Positions 37,996 through 48,797 are shown, counted from the stretch's first letter. The stretch is DNA of 64,000 bases from an uncultured delta proteobacterium (GCA_963771465.1 CAVYTU010000017.1:672001-736000), one strand, 5' to 3'. Notes: generated from the sequence alone by a model not told the origin. Numbers and translations are program-made.

Positions 37996-39510
37996 ATGAA
38001 ACGGATCGTCGTCGGATTATTGCTCGTCGGCGCCTGTGCTGGTGCGGCGCTTCGACCGGCCGGAGCTGCTGAGACGCGTATCTCTATCGGCGTGACCGAG
38101 ACCATGGATACTTTCAATCCCTACGCCGACAGCGTTTCTTTGATGTACAGCGTATGGTGCCAGGTATTGGGTTGTCTTGGCACGTACGATTTCGACAAAG
38201 GTCAGCACGTCGGTCTCGTGCTTGAACGGTGGGAAGTTAAAGACCCCAACAACTGGCTGTTTCACGTGCGCAAGGGGCTCAAGTTTCACAACGGTACGCC
38301 GGTGACCGCCCATGACATTGTTCACTCCATGGGCCGCACCCGCAAAGATCCGCAAAGCAAGCAGACGCAAAATATCGCCGCAGTGGCGAGCGAGAAAGCG
38401 CTCAACGATTACACTGTTCAGGTGACGACGAAAATACCCACGGCACCGCTGCTCGATTATTTGTTCGACCGGATCATCGTGTCCAGCAAGGAGCTTTACG
38501 ACAAGCACGGAGGGGATGTGGCCGACAAACAGTATCCCTTCGGCGCCGGGCCGTACAAATTTCGCGAGCTGATCCCGGGGCAGCGGCTGGTGATCGGTAA
38601 GGATAAATCTCATCCGATGTGGAAACAGTACCCGCAGGCGCCCGATGAAATCGTTTTCCGCTTGATGCGCGAGCCGGAACAGCGGGTAACGGCGCTGCTC
38701 AACAACGAGATTCAGATCGCCCAGTTTGTGCCGCCGCATTTGCGCGAGCGGATCGAGCGCAGCGAGAAACACAAGATCGTCAAGTTTCACACCGCCGAGA
38801 TTATGTTCTTGGCGATGATGCCCAAGGTGAAACCGTGGGACAACAAACTAGTTCGCCAGGCGGTCGGCTACGCCATCGATCGCGACATGATCATGAAAAC
38901 CATTTTGCGCGGTGAAGCATCGCGGCTCGACGGGCCCATCGGCGAAGGGCAGTATGGCTACGATCCGAAATTACAGCCGCGATACACCTACAATCCGGAG
39001 AAGGCCAAAGAGTTGCTCAAGCAAGCCGGCTATCCCAACGGCGTGGACGTCGAGCTGCAAACTCCGGTGGGCCGTTACACGCTGGACAAGCAATTGACGG
39101 AGGCGATGGTGCCGATGCTCACGGCCGTGGGGATTCGCACCAAGCTGCTCACGCCCGATTGGGCGACGTTGTGGGCCAACGTGCAGGTCGGCAAGGTGCC
39201 GTTCTACTACATGGGCCGCGGCGGCGTGGTGGATCCCAGCGCGGCTTTAGCGCAGTATTTCGAAACCGGCGCCTCGCCGCGCATCGGCTATTCGAATCCG
39301 AAGTTAGACGAGCTTTTGAAGCAAGAGCGCCAGACCTTCGATCCGGCGCAGCGCAAAAAACTCCTAGGTCAAGCGATGGGACTGATTACCGAGGAGGCGC
39401 CGGCGCAGTTTATGTGGCGCCATCAGCTGCTCTTCGGCATGGCGAAAAACGTCGATTACCGGCCGCTGCCGAGCGAACGGATTTTCGGTTGGAATATGAA
39501 GGTGAAGTGA
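37996..39510 (+). CDS. ABC peptide/nickel (family 5) substrate-binding protein
   Basis: RKGLKFHNGTPVTAHD, GAGPYK, VRQAVGYAIDR, YNPEKAKELLKQAG. Confidence 0.92.
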   Translation: MKRIVVGLLLVGACAGAALRPAGAAETRISIGVTETMDTFNPYADSVSLMYSVWCQVLGCLGTYDFDKGQHVGLVLERWEVKDPNNWLFHVRKGLKFHNGTPVTAHDIVHSMGRTRKDPQSKQTQNIAAVASEKALNDYTVQVTTKIPTAPLLDYLFDRIIVSSKELYDKHGGDVADKQYPFGAGPYKFRELIPGQRLVIGKDKSHPMWKQYPQAPDEIVFRLMREPEQRVTALLNNEIQIAQFVPPHLRERIERSEKHKIVKFHTAEIMFLAMMPKVKPWDNKLVRQAVGYAIDRDMIMKTILRGEASRLDGPIGEGQYGYDPKLQPRYTYNPEKAKELLKQAGYPNGVDVELQTPVGRYTLDKQLTEAMVPMLTAVGIRTKLLTPDWATLWANVQVGKVPFYYMGRGGVVDPSAALAQYFETGASPRIGYSNPKLDELLKQERQTFDPAQRKKLLGQAMGLITEEAPAQFMWRHQLLFGMAKNVDYRPLPSERIFGWNMKVK

Positions 39511-39532
39511 TGAAATGGAATGCTTGAGTGTG

Positions 39533-39560
39533 GATCGAGGATTGAAGATCGAGGATGGCA
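39533..39560. repeat. Heptamer tandem repeat
   Basis: GATCGAG GATTGAA GATCGAG GATGGCA. Confidence 0.55.
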
Positions 39561-39674
39561 GTTGGCAGATCGCCCCGTATTCCATTGCATAAGTCGCCTT
39601 TAGATACGAATGAGTCTATAATTTAAGGCGTTTTCAAAGCGTCAGATGCAGGCAGACTGAAGGAGAATTTTTGC

Positions 39675-40694
39675 ATGGCGAAAGCGAGAGTGGGATACGC
39701 GCTGGGATATGGCAAATTCACCAACGTGCGCGAGATGGCCGATGTCATGAAGCAGGCGGAGGAACGCGGTTTCGAGATGGCTTTTTTTTCTGAGACCGTC
39801 GAGCTCATGCGCGACTCGGTGAGTTCGTTGGCGGCAATCAGCCTGGCGACCAAGAAGATGATTATGGGGACGACGCAGATTGTGCGCCTGCGCGGACCGG
39901 TGGTGATGGCGCAATCCTTGGCGACCTTGGACGAATTGAGCGGCGGCCGCATCACTGCGGCGCCGGGCGCTTGCACCAAGAGCCACGCCCGCGTGCACGC
40001 GCTACCGCAAGATGTCGGCGCCACGCCGAGCGAAGTGCTGCGCGAGTATATCGAGTCGATGCGCTTGCTGTTTAGCGGTGACAAGGTTTCCTATCACGGC
40101 AAGTTTGTTAATTTCGACAACGTCGGTTTGGGCTGGAAGCCGATTCGCTCGCATATTCCATTTTACGTGCCGGCGACGGCGACCATCGGCTTGAAGCTGG
40201 CCGGCGCCATCGGCGACGGTGTCATTCTCAACGCGGTGTGCTCGCCGGAGTACACGGTCAACGCGCTCAAGATTATTCGCGAGTCGGCGCAGCAAGCCGG
40301 ACGCGACTTTGGGAAATTTTTCGTCGCCCAGATCATCAACTGCTCCATCGAAGACGATCATAAAAAGGCGCTCGATGCGGTGCGCTGGGAAGTCGCGACC
40401 AAACTCGATCCGGTGCAGATTTCATTTATCGCCGCGCCGAAGATGAAGGTTGGCGAGCCCTATATCCGCAAAGAAGACATTCCTCTATTCGAAAAAGCCC
40501 ACGCTCAAGGCGGCATGGAAGCGCTGATCAAGGCGATTCCCGACTCCTACGTCGAAGGCATGACCGCTAGCGGCACGCCGGATGAAGTTAAAAAGCGCGT
40601 GCAACAATATCGCGATGCCGGCGTACAAGTGCCGCTACTTCGCCCCGCGGCGGCGCATCAGACGCAAAGATTGCTGGATTTGTTTGCCCAGTAG
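39675..40694 (+). CDS. LLM-class oxidoreductase (Mer-like)
   Basis: ATLDELSGGR, LKLAGAIGDGVILN, SGTPDEV. Confidence 0.9.
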   Translation: MAKARVGYALGYGKFTNVREMADVMKQAEERGFEMAFFSETVELMRDSVSSLAAISLATKKMIMGTTQIVRLRGPVVMAQSLATLDELSGGRITAAPGACTKSHARVHALPQDVGATPSEVLREYIESMRLLFSGDKVSYHGKFVNFDNVGLGWKPIRSHIPFYVPATATIGLKLAGAIGDGVILNAVCSPEYTVNALKIIRESAQQAGRDFGKFFVAQIINCSIEDDHKKALDAVRWEVATKLDPVQISFIAAPKMKVGEPYIRKEDIPLFEKAHAQGGMEALIKAIPDSYVEGMTASGTPDEVKKRVQQYRDAGVQVPLLRPAAAHQTQRLLDLFAQ

Positions 40695-40695
40695 G

Positions 40696-40762
40696 GTTCG
40701 AGGATAGAGGATAGATGATCGCGAAGACGACTCCATTCTCTATCTTCAATCATCCACCCTCG
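40696..40762. repeat. Inverted heptamer tandem-repeat element
   Basis: GTTCGAG GATAGAG GATAGAT GATCGCG ... CCATTCT CTATCTT CAATCAT CCACCCT. Confidence 0.6.
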
Positions 40763-40775
40763 GTTTCTAAGTAAC

Positions 40776-42863
40776 ATGTATCGCGTTGGCATCGATATCG
40801 GCGGGACGTTTACCGACATGCTTCTTGTCGGCGAAGACGGCATCGCGGTCATCGGCAAGACTCTCACCACGCCGGGCGATCCCAGCCTGGCGGTGGAGAA
40901 TGCGCTGCGGCCAATTTTGGAAAACCGTTCGTTCAATGCCGGCGAGCGCGGTACGCTGATCCATGGCACGACGCTGGTGACCAACGCGCTGATCGAGCGT
41001 AAAGGCGCGCTGACCGCGTTGCTTACCACCGCGGGCTTTCGCGACGCCGTCGAGATCGGCCGGGAACATCGCTACGAGCTTTACGATCTTAATCTGGATT
41101 TGCCCAAACCTCTGGTGCCGCGCCATCTGCGCTTCGATCTGCCCGAACGGATTGCCGCTGACGGTAGCGTCCTGCAAACGTTGGATGAGGAGTTCGTCCG
41201 CAAGTTAGTCGCCGAGTTGCGCGACAAAGGTATCCAGGCGATCGGTGTCTGCTACCTCAATAGCTTTCGTAATCCAGCCCATGAAAAACGCACGGCGGAA
41301 ATTATCGCCGAAACGGCGCCGGCGATTCGCATTTCGCTCAGCTCTGAAGTGGTCGCCGAGATCCGTGAGTTTCCGCGCACCAGCACGACGCTGGCTAATG
41401 TCTACGTGCAAGAACGAGTTTCGGATTATCTCGCGCAACTGCAAGCGCGCTTGGACCAGATCGGTTTTCACGGCAGTTTTTTCGTCATGCTTTCGAGCGG
41501 CGGCATCGCCACGCGCGAAACGGCGTCACGCTTTCCAGTACGCTTGCTCGAATCCGGCCCGGCGGCCGGCGCGATTGCGGCCGCCGAGGCGGGCATGCGC
41601 TCGGGTCATCGCGATCTACTTTCCTTCGACATGGGTGGCACGACCGCCAAGCTTTGCGTGATCGAGGATGGCCAGCCGTTGAAAACCCACGAGTTCGAAG
41701 TCGATCGGGTCTATCGTTTTCGCAAAGGCAGCGGTTTGCCGGTGCGTATTCCAGTCATCGACATGATCGAGCTGGGCGCCGGCGGCGGCAGCATCGCGCG
41801 GGTCGATTCCCTCGGCTTGCTCAAAGTCGGACCGGATAGTTCGGGCGCCGATCCTGGACCTGTTTGTTACGGCCAAGGCGGCACGCAACCGACGGTAACC
41901 GACGCCGATCTCGCGCTCGGCTATCTTGACGCCAATTATTTTCTCGGCGGCAAGATGAAGCTCGATTTGGACGGTACCAAAAAAGCGCTCGCGACTTTGG
42001 GCAAGCCGTTAAAAATGACCGCCGAGCAAGTCGCCTGGGGCATTCATCAGATCGTCAATGAGAACATGGCCAACGCGGCGCGCGCCCATCTCGGCGAGCG
42101 CGGCAAGGATCCGCGGCGCATGCCGATGTACGCCTTTGGCGGCGCCGGACCGGTGCACGGCTATCGGGTCGCGGAAATTCTTCGCTTGCCGGCGTTGATC
42201 TCGCCGTTCGGCGCCGGCGTCGGTTCGACTTTCGGTTTGCTCGCCGCGCCGCTGGCGTTCGATTTTGTGCGCAGCGCCTACAGCCGGCTCGATCAGCTCG
42301 ATTGGCGATTCGCCAACGGCCTGCTCGATGAGATGGCCGAGGAAGGGCGCAAGGTTTTGCAAAGTTCGGGATTGAGTTCCAACGAAATTACCGACCAGCG
42401 CAGCGCGGATGTGCGCTACGTCGGACAAGGCCATGAAGTGTCGGTGGCGCTGCCCGGCGGCGTGCTTGGCGCTGACGATCTAGCTCCCATCGCGGCTGAG
42501 TTCGAGCGAACTTATGAGGCGCTCTACGGTCGCAAAGGACCGGATGTGGCGCTCGAAGTGATCAACTGGCGCGTGGTGGCGAGCGGACCGCGGCCGGATA
42601 TGAATTTGAAACTTTCCCGTGATAGCTCTAAACAAAGCGACGCTCGCAAGGGTTCGCGCCTGGCGTATTTTCCCGAGAGCAATGGATTCGTCGAGACGGC
42701 GATCTACGACCGCTATGCTCTACAACCGGGCGTGACATTCGACGGGCCGGCGATCGTCGAGGAGCGCGAGTCGACGTTGATTGTGGGCGTGCGCGGCCGC
42801 GCGCGAGTCGATGACGAGCTCAATGTCGTTGTCGAGTTAAGCGAGTCTAACGATGGAAAATAA
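40776..42863 (+). CDS. Hydantoinase A / oxoprolinase subunit
   Basis: DIGGTFTD, HGTT, ESGPAAG, DMGGTT, GAGGGSIA. Confidence 0.93.
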   Translation: MYRVGIDIGGTFTDMLLVGEDGIAVIGKTLTTPGDPSLAVENALRPILENRSFNAGERGTLIHGTTLVTNALIERKGALTALLTTAGFRDAVEIGREHRYELYDLNLDLPKPLVPRHLRFDLPERIAADGSVLQTLDEEFVRKLVAELRDKGIQAIGVCYLNSFRNPAHEKRTAEIIAETAPAIRISLSSEVVAEIREFPRTSTTLANVYVQERVSDYLAQLQARLDQIGFHGSFFVMLSSGGIATRETASRFPVRLLESGPAAGAIAAAEAGMRSGHRDLLSFDMGGTTAKLCVIEDGQPLKTHEFEVDRVYRFRKGSGLPVRIPVIDMIELGAGGGSIARVDSLGLLKVGPDSSGADPGPVCYGQGGTQPTVTDADLALGYLDANYFLGGKMKLDLDGTKKALATLGKPLKMTAEQVAWGIHQIVNENMANAARAHLGERGKDPRRMPMYAFGGAGPVHGYRVAEILRLPALISPFGAGVGSTFGLLAAPLAFDFVRSAYSRLDQLDWRFANGLLDEMAEEGRKVLQSSGLSSNEITDQRSADVRYVGQGHEVSVALPGGVLGADDLAPIAAEFERTYEALYGRKGPDVALEVINWRVVASGPRPDMNLKLSRDSSKQSDARKGSRLAYFPESNGFVETAIYDRYALQPGVTFDGPAIVEERESTLIVGVRGRARVDDELNVVVELSESNDGK

Positions 42864-44577
42864 CGCGATGGATCCGGTGACGCTCGAAGTGATCTGGAAT
42901 CGTTTTCTCTCGGTGGCCAATGAGCAGCAGGACGCGCTGATTCGGACCGCCTTCAGCACGATCGTGCGCGAAAGCCAGGATCTCGCCTGCGGCATGTTCG
43001 ACACCAAAGGGCGGATGATTTCGCAGTCGATCAGCGGCACGCCGGGGCACATCAATGCCATGGCGACGTCGATGAAACACTTTCTCGCCGCGTTTCCACC
43101 GGACCAATTGGCGCCGGGCGACGTGCTGATCACCAACGATCCCTGGCAAACCGCCGGACAGATCAACGACATCACGATCACCACGCCGATTTTTAAAAAC
43201 GGCAAAATGATCGCGCTGTTCGCCAACACCTGCCATAGCGCCGATATCGGCGGGCGGATTCTTTCGGCTGAGGCGCGCGAAGTTTTTGAAGAGGGATTGC
43301 GCATCCCGATCATGAAACTGTTCGACCGCGGTGAGCCCAATCGAATTCTTATGCAGATCGTCCGCATCAACGTGCGCCAGCCCGACGAGGTGATCGGCGA
43401 TTTCTACGCGCAAACGGCGTGTAACGAAACCGGCGGGCGCGCGCTGCTCGAAATGATGGCTGAGTTCGGTTTGGAATCCATCGATGACGTCGCCGAAGAA
43501 ATTATTCGGCGCTCGGAAGCGGCCGTGCGCGCCGAAATCGCCAAACTGCCAAGCGGCGAATGGACCAACGAAACTTGGAGCGACGGTTTCGAGGAGCCGA
43601 TCGTAGTGCGCTGCACGGTGAAAGTCGCCGGCGATGAAATCTTCATCGACTTCACCGGCTCGTCGCCGCAGAGCACACGCGGCATCAATGTCGTGCTGAA
43701 TTACACCCATGCCTACGCGAGTTTCGCGATCAAAGCGGCGATTTGTCCCGACGTGCCGCACAACGAGGGTAGCTTTCGTCCGGTACACGTGAGCGCGCCG
43801 CCCGGGAGCATTCTAAACGCGCTTGACCCAGCGCCGGTGGCGAGCCGCCAGGTGATCGGCCATTTTATTCCCAGCGCGATCTTTGCGGCGATGTCCGGTG
43901 CGATGCCCGGTCGATTGATGGCGCCCGGCGCCGATCCGATTTGGCTGAGCGTTTGGCGCGGCCAAAATCCTTCATTCACTTTGACAGTCTTCCAGGTCGG
44001 CGGCACCGGCGCGCGGCCGACGAAGGATGGGCTGAACGCGGTCGGCTTTCCCAGCGGCGTTGCCGGAGTGCCTGCGGAAGTGATCGAGAGCTTGTCACCG
44101 GTGGTGCTGAAGCGGCGCGAATTGCGCGCGGATTCCGGCGGTCCGGGAACCTGGCGCGGCGGGCTCGGCCAGTTGACTGAATTCGCCCGCCGCGGCGAAG
44201 GCAAGTGGAGCGTGAGCTCCATCGCCGATCGCACGGAATATCCGGCGCCGGGATTGCTCGGCGGCAAAGCCGGCGCGCTTGGCGCCGTGACCATGGACGA
44301 CGGAAAAAAACTGCATGCTAAAGCGCTCAAGGATTTGCAAGCTAGCGATGTCGTTCACGTGGACCTTCCCGGTGGCGGCGGCTACGGCAATCCGTTTGAG
44401 CGCGACCCGCAAAAAGTTCTCTGGGACGTGATCGAAGGCTATGTTACGGCGGAAGAGGCGGAAAAAAAATACGGTGTGGCAATTCGTTATAAAGGCAATG
44501 CGCAGGATCTAGTGAAATTGCCGGGTGATTGGCATATCGATGCGGCGCGAACTGCTTCGCTTCGAGGCGCTCGGTAA
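42853..44577 (+). CDS. Hydantoinase B / oxoprolinase subunit
   Basis: RTAFSTIVRE, TNDPW, HSADIGG, DSGGPGTWRGG, PGGGGYG. Confidence 0.93.
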   Translation: MENNAMDPVTLEVIWNRFLSVANEQQDALIRTAFSTIVRESQDLACGMFDTKGRMISQSISGTPGHINAMATSMKHFLAAFPPDQLAPGDVLITNDPWQTAGQINDITITTPIFKNGKMIALFANTCHSADIGGRILSAEAREVFEEGLRIPIMKLFDRGEPNRILMQIVRINVRQPDEVIGDFYAQTACNETGGRALLEMMAEFGLESIDDVAEEIIRRSEAAVRAEIAKLPSGEWTNETWSDGFEEPIVVRCTVKVAGDEIFIDFTGSSPQSTRGINVVLNYTHAYASFAIKAAICPDVPHNEGSFRPVHVSAPPGSILNALDPAPVASRQVIGHFIPSAIFAAMSGAMPGRLMAPGADPIWLSVWRGQNPSFTLTVFQVGGTGARPTKDGLNAVGFPSGVAGVPAEVIESLSPVVLKRRELRADSGGPGTWRGGLGQLTEFARRGEGKWSVSSIADRTEYPAPGLLGGKAGALGAVTMDDGKKLHAKALKDLQASDVVHVDLPGGGGYGNPFERDPQKVLWDVIEGYVTAEEAEKKYGVAIRYKGNAQDLVKLPGDWHIDAARTASLRGAR

Positions 44578-44580
44578 GCG

Positions 44581-44628
44581 AATTTCAGATTCCAAATCGG
44601 GTAAATCTGGAATTGGTAATTTTGAATT
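44581..44628. repeat. Inverted heptamer-like repeat element
   Basis: AATTTCA GATTCCA AAT ... AATCTGG AATTGGT AATTTTG AATT. Confidence 0.45.
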
Positions 44629-44645
44629 ATGAGCAAGGCGAAGAC

Positions 44646-45413
44646 ATGGAGTTAAACGGTAGAGTTGCGCTGGTAACCGGCGGCGCCGGAGGCATCGGCG
44701 GTGCCGTGGTACGCGGCTTGGCGAAAGCCGGTGTCAGCGGCGTGGCGATTAACTATCGCCAGTCGGCCAAAGCGGCTCAGGAGCTTGCCGCTGACATCGA
44801 ACGCGCGGGTGTGAAGGCGATCGCTATTCAAGCCGACGTGCAAAGCGATGAGCAGGTGCGCGCGATGATCGGCAAGCTTCGGGATAATTTTGGCCGTTTG
44901 GATATTGTGATTAATAACGCCGGCGTGACCCACTGGGTGAAGCTTGCCGATCTCGAAGGTCTTACCGATGCGATCTGGGATGAAATTCTCGACGTTAACG
45001 TAAAAGGCGCGTTTCGTTGCGCGCGCGCCGCGCAAAAACTGCTCGAAGCGAATCAGGGCATGATCGTTAACGTGTCTTCGATCTCCGGCGTGTTGGCGCC
45101 GTCGACCATGTCTTCGTTGGCTTACGGCACGGCAAAGGCGGCGTTGATTTACATGACGCGCGGCTTGGCGGTGGCCATGGCGCCGAAGGTGCGGGTGAAC
45201 TGCGTCGCGCCGGCATTTACCGATACGCCGTGGATGAGCCAGCACTTTGGCGCGGATTATCAGCAAGTGATTTCGAAGGCGTCGGTAGGTTATCCGCTGC
45301 AGCGTATTGCGACACCGGAAGATATCGCCGTCGCAATTCTCGGTTTGCTTACCGGCGGAGATTTCGTCACGGGACAGACGCTGATTGTCGATGGCGGGTT
45401 GAGTCTGAGCTAG
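44646..45413 (+). CDS. SDR oxidoreductase
   Basis: TGGAGGIG, NNAG, YGTAK, TGQTLIVDGG. Confidence 0.92.
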   Translation: MELNGRVALVTGGAGGIGGAVVRGLAKAGVSGVAINYRQSAKAAQELAADIERAGVKAIAIQADVQSDEQVRAMIGKLRDNFGRLDIVINNAGVTHWVKLADLEGLTDAIWDEILDVNVKGAFRCARAAQKLLEANQGMIVNVSSISGVLAPSTMSSLAYGTAKAALIYMTRGLAVAMAPKVRVNCVAPAFTDTPWMSQHFGADYQQVISKASVGYPLQRIATPEDIAVAILGLLTGGDFVTGQTLIVDGGLSLS

Positions 45414-45429
45414 CGATTTTCATACGAGT

Positions 45430-45511
45430 GTCATCCTGAGCGACAGCGAAGGATCTGCTTTTTTCGATGCCGGAGAACAAAACAGATTCTTCGGCTCCGC
45501 CTCAGAATGAC
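45430..45511. repeat. REP/MITE-like palindromic element
   Basis: GTCATCCTGAG..CGAAGGATCT ... AGATTCTTCG..CTCAGAATGAC nested inverted repeats. Confidence 0.7.
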
Positions 45512-45552
45512 TTAAGTAAAATTCAAAAACATGATTCGAGATTGACAACTGC

Positions 45553-46209
45553 ATGGACCGAACCCAACTGATCGCTGAATTACACGCTAGCCGCCTCGTC
45601 GCCGTGGTGCGTTCGAAAAGTCCGGACGACGCGCTGGCGCTGGCAAATACCGCCGCGGATGGCGGTATCAAATTCGTCGAGATTACCTTCAGCGTCCCCG
45701 GTGCGCTGGATGTGATTAAAGAACTGACTCGACGCCGTGATGTTCATGTCGGCGCCGGGACAGTGATGGCGCCACAGCAGGCGGAGCGCGCGATCGGCAT
45801 CGGCGCGGAATTTATTGTTTCGCCGTCGCTGGAGTTGAATCTCGTCGGTCTGTGTCACAGCGCGAACATCGCCTGCTTTCCCGGCGCGGCGACGCCGACG
45901 GAGATCATTGCGGCGCAGCGGGCACGGGCCGATGTGGTGAAAATATTCCCTGCCGACTTGGTCGGCGGGCCATCTTTCATCCGGCAAATGCAAGGACCGT
46001 TTCCCGACGTGCGTTTCATGGTCTCGGGCGGCGTCAGTTTGAAGAATGTTAAAGACTACGTCGACGCCGGCGTGCTTGGCATCTGTCTTGGTAGCGCTTA
46101 CCTCGGCAGCTTGCTGGAGAAGAAAGGCAAGAAACCTTTCGTACTGGAGATGCAAAAATTCGTCAAGTTAGTCGCCCAAGCGCAGGGGAAGAAGCCAAAA
46201 CGACAATGA
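45553..46209 (+). CDS. KDPG/KHG aldolase family protein
   Basis: VEITF, VGAGTV, FIVSP, PGAATPTE, VKIFPA, SGGV. Confidence 0.9.
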   Translation: MDRTQLIAELHASRLVAVVRSKSPDDALALANTAADGGIKFVEITFSVPGALDVIKELTRRRDVHVGAGTVMAPQQAERAIGIGAEFIVSPSLELNLVGLCHSANIACFPGAATPTEIIAAQRARADVVKIFPADLVGGPSFIRQMQGPFPDVRFMVSGGVSLKNVKDYVDAGVLGICLGSAYLGSLLEKKGKKPFVLEMQKFVKLVAQAQGKKPKRQ

Positions 46210-47196
46210 GGAATATCCATCTTACGGTAGCCTGTGAAGATTACGACCGGATGCGCCCGCTCAAGGACGGCATCGTCAAGCCCGAGGGCATCGAGCTAAA
46301 TTATCTCGTCATGCCGGTGGAAGAGATTTTCTGGCGCATGATGAAGTACGAGGAGTTCGACGCATCGGAGCTGTCGATGGGCGCGTTCTTGACCGCGGCG
46401 TCGCGCGGGCGGCGGCCGTTCGTCGCGATTCCCGTGTTTCCGTCGCGGACCTTTCGCCACCGCTGCATTTTCGTCAACACCGATTCGGGCATCAGGTCGA
46501 TCCAAGATTTGCGCGGCCGGCGCATGGGCGTGCCGGAGTATTCCATGACCGCGGCGGTGTGGCTGCGCGGTATGTTCGAGCATGAGTACGGCGTGCCGCC
46601 GTCGGCAATTCACTGGGTGCAAGCGGGCGAGGAACATCCAGGACGAAAAGATCGGGTGGATTTTGAAATGCCGGCAGGCGTGACGATGGAAAGCCGGCCT
46701 GACACGACTCTCAATGCACTGATCGCGAGCGGTGAGATCGACGCCATGATGTCGCCGCGCATGCCGACCTGTTTTCTCAACGGCTCGCCCAAGGTGAAGC
46801 GGCTGTTCCCGAACTACCGGCAAGTGGAGATGGAATATTTCAAAAGCACCGGCTTGTTTCCCATAATGCATGTGCATGGTGATCAAGCGGTCGATCTACG
46901 AGAAGGAACCGTGGGTGGCGCAGACGCTGTACAAAGCGTTCTGCCAGGCCAAAGAGATTTGCATGCGCGATCTTTACGATACCAATATCTTACGCGTCGC
47001 GTTGCCGTGGACTTCAGCGGAATACGAAGACACCGCGGCATTGATGACCACCGACTATTGGCCCTACGGTCTAGAGCCGAATAGGAAGAACTTAGAAACA
47101 TTGAACGGTTACTTGTTCGAACAGGGACTGACGAAGCAAAAAGTGGTTCTCGACGAGCTGTTCGCTCGTGAGACCGTCGAAGCGTTTAAGATTTGA
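46206..47196 (+). CDS. 4,5-dihydroxyphthalate decarboxylase-like PBP-II protein, +1 frameshift near 46875
   Basis: YDR..PLKDG.V, FDASELS, IPVFPSRTFRH, FPIMH|MVIKR, YWPYGLEPNR. Confidence 0.8.
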
Positions 47197-47242
47197 TTTA
47201 ACCGCATTCTTCCACGGTCCACGTCTCCATCCTTCTAGCCCG

Positions 47243-48029
47243 CTACCGATAATCCCGCATCTGCCACGGCGTGAAGACGACGATCTGGGTCGGCGGCGGC
47301 AAGGCCATCTTGCTGAAGGTGCTCTTGTGGGTGTTGAGATATTTATTCGGATAGCCTTTCACGAACATGTCCAATAGATGCGTGCTCTCGCGATAGTGCA
47401 TCGGGATCGCGATCTTGGGCTTTAACTGCTGCAATACTTCTCGCGCCGTGTCCGGCGGCATCGTGAACGTTCCGCCGATCGGAATCATGGCGATGTCGAC
47501 TTTGCCGAAGGCTTTGATCTGCTCTTCGGTGAGCTTGTGGCTCAAGTCGCCCAGGTGCGCGACGCAAATCGTGCCGAGGTCGAAGACAAACGCCGCGCCT
47601 TTGAGCGCATTGCCGAACTGCTGCTGATAGATCGGCACGGTGTAGACGAGGATATCCTTTACCGTAGTGCTGACTTTGTTCCACTCGGCGCCGTAGTTAG
47701 CGAGGCCGCGCAAGATCACCGGTTTGTTCTTGGCAATCTCGACGTAGTTGTGGTTGGGATGTTCGCGGCCAACGGTGATTGCGTCGGGCGCGACGTTCGG
47801 GTGTCGGGTAAAATCCGGGCGCCACCGGGTCGGTGACGATCTTGGTGCCTTTGGTCGAGGTGATCTGAAAAAAATTATGGCCGAAAAATTCCAGCGTTAC
47901 GTCCGGCTGCGCGGCGTATGCCGGACGGCTCCAACTGCCCGCGACATCGAGCTCGCGGCAGGCTGAGTAGCTTCGCACCGGCTGTAGCAGTGCGACAACG
48001 AACAGCAATACCGCGATCGCTCTTTTCAT
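47243..48029 (-). CDS. Exported metallo-beta-lactamase-fold hydrolase, +1 frameshift near 47800
   Basis: FGHNFF..IVTDP; removing one C gives PNVAPDAITVGREHPNHN; AHLGDL, IPIGG, IPMHY. Confidence 0.8.
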
Positions 48030-48032
48030 GCT

Positions 48033-48797
48033 TCATCTTTCCGATGCGATGGCGCGGTGGCCGAATTGCTCCGCCTTAAAAAAATCGGCGACATATTCCG
48101 TTGCCGGATGGCGCATTAAGTATTCCGGCGTGTCGGCCTGTTCGAAGCGGCCTTCGTGCATGACCGCGATGCGGTCCGCCATGGCCATCCCGTCGGCCAA
48201 GTTATGGGTCACATAGAGCGTGGTCAGGCGATGTTCCTTGTGGAACGCCAATATCTCCTGGCGCATCTTCAAACGATTGGGCGGATCGATATTGCTTAGC
48301 GGCTCGTCCATCAGCATGATGCGCGGCGAAGTGACCATGGCGCGGCCGAGGGCGACGCGCTGCTGTTGACCGCCGGAAAGCTCGCTCGGCTTGCGCTTGA
48401 AAAAACTTTCTTCAATGCCGATTTTCCAGGCCAACGGGCGGAGAAACTCGGCGATCTTATCGCTCGACCATTTTCTCACTTTGAGCGGCAGCGATAGGTT
48501 GGAGTACCGGCTTGCTTCGAACACTTTCATGTGCGGCCAGAGCGCGTAGTTTTGAAAAATCATCTGTACGTTGCGCCGGCCCACCGGCACGTCGTTGACC
48601 GGCACGCCGTCGATGAAGATCGCGCCGCTGTCGGGCTGTTCCAGGCCGGCGATGAGCCTTAGCGTGGTGGTTTTGCCGCAACCGCTTTCGCCGACGATGA
48701 CGAGAAACTCGCCACCGTTGACGTCCAAGTTGGCCTGATCGACGGCGGCGATGTTGCCAAATTTTTTCGTCAGGCGGCGCAGCGAGAGCGAAGTCAT
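48033..48797 (-). CDS. ABC transporter ATP-binding protein (MalK/PotA-like)
   Basis: GESGCGKT, LSGGQQQR, LMDEP, YVTH. Confidence 0.92.
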   Translation of the reverse strand: MTSLSLRRLTKKFGNIAAVDQANLDVNGGEFLVIVGESGCGKTTTLRLIAGLEQPDSGAIFIDGVPVNDVPVGRRNVQMIFQNYALWPHMKVFEASRYSNLSLPLKVRKWSSDKIAEFLRPLAWKIGIEESFFKRKPSELSGGQQQRVALGRAMVTSPRIMLMDEPLSNIDPPNRLKMRQEILAFHKEHRLTTLYVTHNLADGMAMADRIAVMHEGRFEQADTPEYLMRHPATEYVADFFKAEQFGHRAIASER

